This document shows positions 57,661 through 64,000 of a stretch of DNA of 64,000 bases, in pieces; position 1 is the stretch's first letter, and every line of letters begins with the position of its first letter. Under the pieces are notes generated by a model. The model was not told the DNA's origin. It made no database searches and saw only the letters and a list, made by a program, of their open reading frames with translations. The translations under genes and the position numbers were made by a program. Origin of the DNA: Diplonema japonicum (lineage: Eukaryota > Protista > Euglenozoa: Diplonemea); assembly GCA_964019335.1 (NCBI GenBank), contig OZ025648.1, positions 310,001-374,000 on the forward strand. Reading direction: 5' to 3'.

Positions 57661-60399
57661 TTACACGACTGCCTCGCTGTCGCTGTGTTCGATGATCTCA
57701 AGCAACTGTTCACTAATGGATGGCACGGGTGACCTGGGCCTGTCCTTCTTCGCGTCACCCCCAAGACCCCTTCTGGAATATGTCACGCCAGCAAGGACAA
57801 CAGCAGCAAGACACAACGCTGCAGCCCCACCGATTAGGGCATAAAGCCATTTCTCAGAAGCTGCTTCGCTGTCTGTCTCATGAATCACCTCCTGTGGCGC
57901 TGTGGGATGGCCCCCAACGTGCGCACGCGATAGCCCGTCTGAAACTGGGACAAGCAGAAAAGAGAATCCATCTGTGTTGTCTCTAAGCTTACCACTTTGC
58001 AGTGCGTGGTCGATAGCCGAAGCAAGAACAACTTCTTCATTACTTCCGACATCTAGATAGTACTCAACATAGACCCCTTCGTCGCTGTGAATTTCAGCAG
58101 ATTTCTCCGAGCCCACTCCTGTAGGCCACCCGACACGTAGATATTCCCGCATTACGTGTTCCTCACCTAAAAGATTCTCCAAGTTCCACAAATGATGGAT
58201 CCTCCGTGACCAAGTGTCTTTTTCTTCACTTGCTGGCATTTCGAACCCTGCTTTCAGTACCCCGACGGCTGTTACCACTAGGACCTCGTTGTTCCTTGCC
58301 AGGTCTTCAGAGGATTTGAGTATCGACATTCTGAATTTTCTGAGGAATTCCTTCGGGTTTTCCATCAGGGCCTCGGCGTCCCCCTTCAGTTTGAGGAGGT
58401 ATCCTGCCCGCTTTCCATCCGGCAGGACAGCTTTGTCGTCGTTTCCGAGCTCCCATTTTTTTATAAGGTCGGCTTCCTCGGGGGTGAAGTTCCAGTTGTC
58501 TTGTTCTTGAGGTGAGTCGTCATCGTCGTCGAACCCCCAGTCGGATTCCATGTCGTCTTCGTCTGACGTCTCTGTGTCGTTGTTGCTTCCGACGGGTTCG
58601 TCTTCTGCCCACACAACACCCTCCATGCCCCAGTAGCGGTCCCATAGCCACGGAAACCAGAACTCTTGTTCCCAGTACTTGTCCAGGTCGTTGTCCCAAT
58701 CTATGTCGTCGTAGTCGCAGTTGAGCCCCTTCCACCTGCAGCACCTCGCCTTGTCGTCAGGGGAGAGGAGTGCGGGGACCATGCAGTTGAAGCCGCACAT
58801 TTTGTTTTCCCTGCTGCAGCACCACGCCCCCTTCCCGGGTACCATCGTTGTTCTGTCGTTGCAGTCATACTTTTGTGAAGGGCATCGCAGCCCAAGCTGC
58901 TGGCAGCACATTGATGCCACGTCTCCGCTTGTCCCCGTGTCCTGCTTGCACTGCGCCTCAAGTACCGAGTACTTGTCCTCTATCGCACTTGATGGACACC
59001 GGACTTGTTGTTCAGCGCAGCACCGTTCTCTTTGCTTCCTCGTCCATGGGGCGATTGTTTGCGCGTTCCATTTGCAGTCGAGGCTCTTGGTGCAGTCATC
59101 ATCCGTACACTGGACGCCCCCGTTGAGGCACACGCACGTGTTGCAGTCGCTGGGGAAGAAGAATCCATCGGGGTACGGTGTCGAGCCGATGATGCATTCC
59201 TGTTTCTTGTTGCACTCCCGCTCTGAGCAATCCAGGTACCCGTCTTCGCACGTACACGCGTTGCAGTCCACCATCGTCGACTCCCCATGTGCAAGCTCGA
59301 TTTGTCCCGCCATGCATGCCTGCTTCTCCACGCACCGCACGCCGTAAGCTTCCTCAACACAAACCTCGCCATCAGGACAGGTGGCGTCATCGCACTGGGG
59401 AAGCTGCTGGCACGTTCTCTCGCCGCTGGGCAGCTCGCTGTCCAAGCAGAGCAGCTCGCCTTCACAGATACCGATGGCTGCGGTGCCCCGCTCACACACG
59501 GCACCTTCCGGAAGGGGGGCGTCGCAGACGTGCATGGTACACCCGAGGATGCCGTTGATGCATTCGCAAGTATTGCACAGAATGGAAATGGAGGTACCGG
59601 AGAAGACTTCGGTGGAGTCGGGGAGTTGGCACGGAGCAAGAGAGTCGCCGGGGATGTCGGGCTCGTCCGGCCAGCACACGGCTCGATGAGGGTTGACCGA
59701 GGTGTCAACAGAGCAGGTGTGGCCAGGATCACATGCCGTCACGGCGCAGAGGGACACACAGATTCCGCCAGGGTCCCCGGGCATGGTTGAGCAAACAAAA
59801 CCGTCGTTGCAGTTGCAGCCCTGCGGGGGCTCCTGCGTCTGCGTGGGGTCCGCGGGGGCCTGAGTAGGGACCTGCGTGGGGGCCTGCATAGGAACCTGCG
59901 TGGGCGGTTGAGGTGACATGCACACAGCGTGGGTGTCGTTGGCGGAACAGATCTGATCACTACCGCAGATAACAGTTTCGCAAAGTTCGGCACAAAAGCT
60001 GCTGGGATGGGGGAAAGAGTCAAACTTGTCAGTCACGCAGACCTCGCCAACGCCGCAGGTGCACGGAAAATCCCGTAGACAACTAAAATCTATCCCGTCA
60101 GTGTGACAGCTGAACCCCGGTGGACAGTCCACCATCTCGCAGTAGTCTTCCATTATATATTCACAGATGGCATCTTGGCATGCAGTGCCCTCCGTGCACC
60201 GCCCAAGGGCATCGCCGTTTTCCTCGCACTCGTCTCCCTCAAAAATCTCCTTGTCAGGCACACAAACCCCGAAAGGAAAGCTCCAGCTGCTGAAGTCAGG
60301 CACACACACGAATGAAGGCGGGCAAGCGATCGAGGTACAAGGGGATACCTCCATGCACCTGGCCATGGCTACCCAGCAAAGCAGCCATGCTGCCCTCAT
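57661..60399 (-). CDS. Cys-rich type-I membrane protein (follistatin-N-like, pacifastin/VWC-like and CC repeats, SEA-like domain)
   Basis: Signal MRAAWLLCWVAMARC, three CNxCxCxxGxxxC units, four CC-x6-C units, an acidic linker, domain PKEFLRKFRMSIL...GVYVEYY and TM WLYALIGGAAALCLAAVVLAGV. Confidence 0.88.
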   Translation of the reverse strand: MRAAWLLCWVAMARCMEVSPCTSIACPPSFVCVPDFSSWSFPFGVCVPDKEIFEGDECEENGDALGRCTEGTACQDAICEYIMEDYCEMVDCPPGFSCHTDGIDFSCLRDFPCTCGVGEVCVTDKFDSFPHPSSFCAELCETVICGSDQICSANDTHAVCMSPQPPTQVPMQAPTQVPTQAPADPTQTQEPPQGCNCNDGFVCSTMPGDPGGICVSLCAVTACDPGHTCSVDTSVNPHRAVCWPDEPDIPGDSLAPCQLPDSTEVFSGTSISILCNTCECINGILGCTMHVCDAPLPEGAVCERGTAAIGICEGELLCLDSELPSGERTCQQLPQCDDATCPDGEVCVEEAYGVRCVEKQACMAGQIELAHGESTMVDCNACTCEDGYLDCSERECNKKQECIIGSTPYPDGFFFPSDCNTCVCLNGGVQCTDDDCTKSLDCKWNAQTIAPWTRKQRERCCAEQQVRCPSSAIEDKYSVLEAQCKQDTGTSGDVASMCCQQLGLRCPSQKYDCNDRTTMVPGKGAWCCSRENKMCGFNCMVPALLSPDDKARCCRWKGLNCDYDDIDWDNDLDKYWEQEFWFPWLWDRYWGMEGVVWAEDEPVGSNNDTETSDEDDMESDWGFDDDDDSPQEQDNWNFTPEEADLIKKWELGNDDKAVLPDGKRAGYLLKLKGDAEALMENPKEFLRKFRMSILKSSEDLARNNEVLVVTAVGVLKAGFEMPASEEKDTWSRRIHHLWNLENLLGEEHVMREYLRVGWPTGVGSEKSAEIHSDEGVYVEYYLDVGSNEEVVLASAIDHALQSGKLRDNTDGFSFLLVPVSDGLSRAHVGGHPTAPQEVIHETDSEAASEKWLYALIGGAAALCLAAVVLAGVTYSRRGLGGDAKKDRPRSPVPSISEQLLEIIEHSDSEAVV

Positions 60400-62025
60400 T
60401 CTCTTTTAGAAACCCCTGTATTATTATTTTATTTTTTGCGAAAGAAAATAAAAGAAGGGGCAAAAAGCTAGGCAGCAAGGGAGAGGCAGAAAAGAAGACC
60501 TTGGAAAGTAAAAGGGCGATGCAGGGGGTAAAGCACCACTTGAGACCACCCTTAAACATACAAAAAAGAGGGGGGGGGGGGGAGAAGGAAAAAAGCACGC
60601 GTTGCCCAAAGAGCACACAAGTGCCAACCAAGACATAAAATGATTGATTAGCCGGTACTGCACCTTTCTTTTTTTCTTCTTTCTTTTCCTCTTTTTTTTT
60701 TCTTTTCCAGAAAAGCTATCACCACGACGGGACAACACCCACACTACCCTTCAAGGTAGGGGGGAGCGGGGAAGGGAGAGGGGGGGGGGGGGGGGGGGGG
60801 GGGAATTGTCACCTGCCCTTACGGTGGGGTCCGCACGAGGCTCAGGTTCACTCATTTCGAAAAAAAAAAAAAAAAAAAGGTTGCGATGAGGCAAAAGTTA
60901 TTCTTTTTGTCGTAGCGCAATGGCTAAAAAGAAATTACTTGCAACGCATGACTACCGTCTCTTTTTTTTCTTTTTTTTTCTTTTTCTGATAACTACAAAA
61001 ACAAGTTTCTGTTCATCGTAAAAAGAAAAAAAAAGAAGGAGGGGGAAAGAAAAAAAAATATGCGCATGGTATTTTATGTTTGAGAGGGAAGGGGAGCCGA
61101 TCGAATATGCAAACTCAGCGTAAATCTATTTCATTTGTGCTTTTTTTTTTTTTTTTTTTTTTTTTTTTCCCTTAAAGAAAAAAAAGGGGAAACCCCCCTT
61201 TCCCGGCTCATAACATCTTGCTTTTATGAGTATACAGTTAAATCGTTCCCGCCCCATTAATCATGATTTGATGTGATGCCCTAAAAAAGTAAAAATAAAT
61301 AAAATTGGACTGATTAAGGGAATGGGGGTTGGGCCGCCTGCGAGCAAGGGAACGCGTTCCGAGTGTCGCATTTTGCGCGCTTGGAAATTGCAGCTCTGCG
61401 CAGAATGCCCTCTTATCGAAAAGCATCAAAAAAAAAGTTAATATTTTGCCTTGCCATGCTTAGAGGGGGAAGAAAGAAAAGTGGTGACAATGGACCCCTT
61501 TTAAGAGGGGGAATAATAATTTAAAGGTCGGGTTAGTTGTTAAACAAAAAAAGTAAATAAAAAAAAAAAACGTAAACGCCGCAGAGCTGCGAAGTGAGCA
61601 GGCAGTTGGGCAAAAGGGGAAAAAAAAAAAAAAAAAACTCATAGTAAAAGACAATCCCACTCGAGGACAGCCTCTTGTGGTGTGAGTTCCTATCTAAAAA
61701 AAAAAAAAAAAAGAAGAAGAAAAAAGTTTTTCCTTGTGATTGAAAAAAAGTTTTTCGTTGTAGTTAGCGCGATTTATTTGATCAAACAATAAACATGAGT
61801 CCGTCCGGGAAAAAATGTCGAGCAAAAAAAGGGTAGTGGCATAAATGGTGTGCACCTCATGCCATATAGTGGTTAAGCTTAGACTGCCATTCTGCACAAA
61901 GTGGTGTCGAACTACTTTTTTACTCAGAAATTTAAAACGGGGGTTTTTTGTCGTGCAGGAAGATCATGTGTTTACATTTTTTGAAAGATAAATATTTGCA
62001 AAAAAAGAAAAAAAAAAAAAAAAAA

Positions 62026-62066
62026 GAGACATTTAAGGGTACCTGCGGTATGTGGCAGGACGCCTG
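62026..62066. repeat. 41-bp dispersed repeat, copy 2
   Basis: GAGACATTTAAGGGTACCTGCGGTATGTGGCAGGACGCCTG between A-runs. Confidence 0.9.
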
Positions 62067-62231
62067 AAAAAAAAAAGTGACGGTATCATATGGGAACCTA
62101 TCGAAATAAATCGCAAGTTTCGATAAATTTCCGATAAATCGATAGATTTTCGATAAGCCCCAAAAGGCCGTCGCACTTACTTATCTTGTCGAAAATAAAA
62201 CCGCGGGGAAAAACTAGTATGCTGTACATGT

Positions 62232-62375
62232 AGAAAAGAAAAGAAAAGAAAAGAAAAGAAAAGAAAAGAAAAGAAAAGAAAAGAAAAGAAAAGAAAAGAA
62301 AAGAAAAGAAAAGAAAAGAAAAGAAAAGAAAAGAAAAGAAAAGAAAAGAAAAGAAAAGAAAAGAAAAGAAAAGAA
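62232..62375. repeat. (AAAAG)n microsatellite
   Basis: About 28 perfect pentamer units. Confidence 0.95.
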
Positions 62376-62677
62376 AGGAAAATCTTGAGAACAACACACA
62401 CATTTGATTTTTTTTTCTTTTTTTTTCCCTTTTCCTGAGTAAAAAAAAAAAAAATGCAAAGTTGATTTCCAAGGAGAAGAAAATGTGTGCTTGGATCGTG
62501 TCAACCTTTTTAGATTTTTTTTTTTTTCCTTCGATTGTTTTCAAATGGTGTGGTATTCACAGAGAAAGGGAGATTAAAAAAAAAAAATGAAGAAAAAAAA
62601 TAAGAAGAAGAGCCATTTCTTATCAAGAGAAAAAAGAAATTATACGCGCAGAAAAAAAAAAAAAAAAAAAAAAAAAA

Positions 62678-62718
62678 GAGACATTTAAGGGTACCTGCGG
62701 TATGTGGCAGGACGCCTG
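62678..62718. repeat. 41-bp dispersed repeat, copy 3
   Basis: Identical to 62026-62066, between A-runs. Confidence 0.9.
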
Positions 62719-63237
62719 AAAAAAAATAGGTTTTTTTCTTCTTTTTTTTTTTTTTTTTTGAGACCTAGAATTTTGCTGCTGTATCATTCATTCTTCTTGA
62801 ACAAACGAGTAATGTTTCCGTAGACCTTGAGGGGAAACTCGTCCTTCTTTTCCCTCTAACCGAAGTCACACCCCAGATCTCTATAACCTGTCACTTTTTC
62901 GCTAGGAGCGAACCCCCCAACGGGGTTTCTTTTCAAGGGAAAAAAGGGCCTTAGAAAATTACTCCAGAGACAAAGCCCCTTTAGAGCAAGCCCTTCTTCT
63001 TCTTCTTCTTTGAAAGAAAAAAGTTTTTTTCTCTTAAACCGCTTAAGGATTGAATAAACAAACTATGCGCCAAAAGAAAAGAATGGAAAGAAAGAAAGAA
63101 AAAAAGGAGGGAGAGAAAAAGAAGAAGAAAAAAAAATGAAGAAGAAAGAAATATATAAATATGAGTTAAAAGGATGTCTTTGTGAAAAGAAAAGACGCCA
63201 TTTTTTGTTCTCAAGTAGAAGTTTCGGATATGCAGGA

Positions 63238-63291
<54 letters not shown>

Positions 63292-63294
63292 GTA

Positions 63295-63335
<41 letters not shown>

Positions 63336-63359
63336 CTTCTGGGAGATGGTGTTCCCCAC

Positions 63360-64000
63360 TCAGACGTGAATGTTATCTATTCTCCCCTTGTTATTGCAAA
63401 TTCGCTTGTTTACCGTGAATCGCAAGATACCAGCTAAGCAGATAGCACAAACAACGAAGATCACGCGATCATGTAATCCCGAAGTCTCGTAACCGACTGC
63501 AGAAACGGTCTTTTCAATTCTTATAGGGTTGAGTCTAAGGGAATATCCCCCTGTGTTATCACGAAGCTTGCCATTCTTCAGTGCAGCATCGATATCTGAA
63601 GCAAAGGCTGCTTCTTCATTAGCACTGACATCAAAATAGTACTCCACAAACACCCCTTCTTCGCCGTGAAGCCCTTCAAGCCCTACAACTGCAACCCACC
63701 CCTCATGAATGTACTCATCGATTATCACCTGCTCCTCTGACAGATTTTCCTGGTTCCACGAATATTGAACCGTGTGTGACCATACTTGCAAGTCTTTCTC
63801 CTGCGGCATCTCATACCCAGCCTTTAGTACCCCTACCCTCGTGACTATCAGTTTCGTTGGGTCGCTCGACACTGCTTTGGAGGATTTGAGTATCGACATT
63901 CTGAATTTTCTGAGGAATTCTTTCGGGTTTTCCATCAGGGTCTCCGCGTCGCCTTTCAGTTTCATGAGGTATTTCTGTGGCGTTGTTCCCGGGGTTGATT
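63360..64000 (-). CDS. 3' part of a paralogue of the 57661-60399 surface protein (starts beyond the right edge)
   Basis: The frame is open to the window end (STPGTTPQKYLMKLKGD...). It has the same LKGDAE.LMENPKEFLRKFRMSILKSS domain and a C-terminal TM VIFVVCAICLAGIL. Confidence 0.85.
   Translation of the reverse strand, partial: STPGTTPQKYLMKLKGDAETLMENPKEFLRKFRMSILKSSKAVSSDPTKLIVTRVGVLKAGYEMPQEKDLQVWSHTVQYSWNQENLSEEQVIIDEYIHEGWVAVVGLEGLHGEEGVFVEYYFDVSANEEAAFASDIDAALKNGKLRDNTGGYSLRLNPIRIEKTVSAVGYETSGLHDRVIFVVCAICLAGILRFTVNKRICNNKGRIDNIHV

Noticed and set aside
60760-60803. G-run/G-quadruplex as a specific signal
   Set aside because: G and C homopolymers are ubiquitous in these spacers and their lengths may be sequencing-dependent.

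Overview
Eukaryotic genomic DNA, almost certainly from a diplonemid (Euglenozoa). The evidence is a near-perfect diplonemid-type spliced-leader (SL) exon at 5906-5944 and about 25 genes that all lie on the minus strand, a co-directional, polycistronic-like cluster. Genes carry very short (38-69 nt) canonical GT-AG introns made largely of homopolymer, and spacers are A/T/G-run rich. Recognisable genes: V-ATPase subunits A and D, UDP-glucose 6-dehydrogenase, UTP20, GINS Psf3, an SCP/FCP1-type phosphatase, a FAN-like BEACH-WD40 protein, an OGFOD2-like oxygenase with a UBC-like N-terminus, a PB1-UBA protein, Ubl-ankyrin, RRM and LRR proteins, and a large coiled-coil protein. There is also a modular family of type-I surface proteins sharing an unnamed SEA-like domain and/or a near-identical TM cassette. 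Most notable observations: (1) a complete SL-to-poly(A) retrocopy inserted antisense into the last V-ATPase A intron; (2) a ~120-bp module conserved just upstream of two unrelated housekeeping genes; (3) a family of apparently 5'-truncated elements with a fixed end abutting poly(T) rather than poly(A); (4) a nest of mobile DNA at 1.8-4.9 kb containing a TTAA/piggyBac-like cargo element, a Crypton-like tyrosine-recombinase relic and a T-shaped foldback with GCGAAGC mini-hairpins. All family assignments come from motif recognition by eye; no searches were run.
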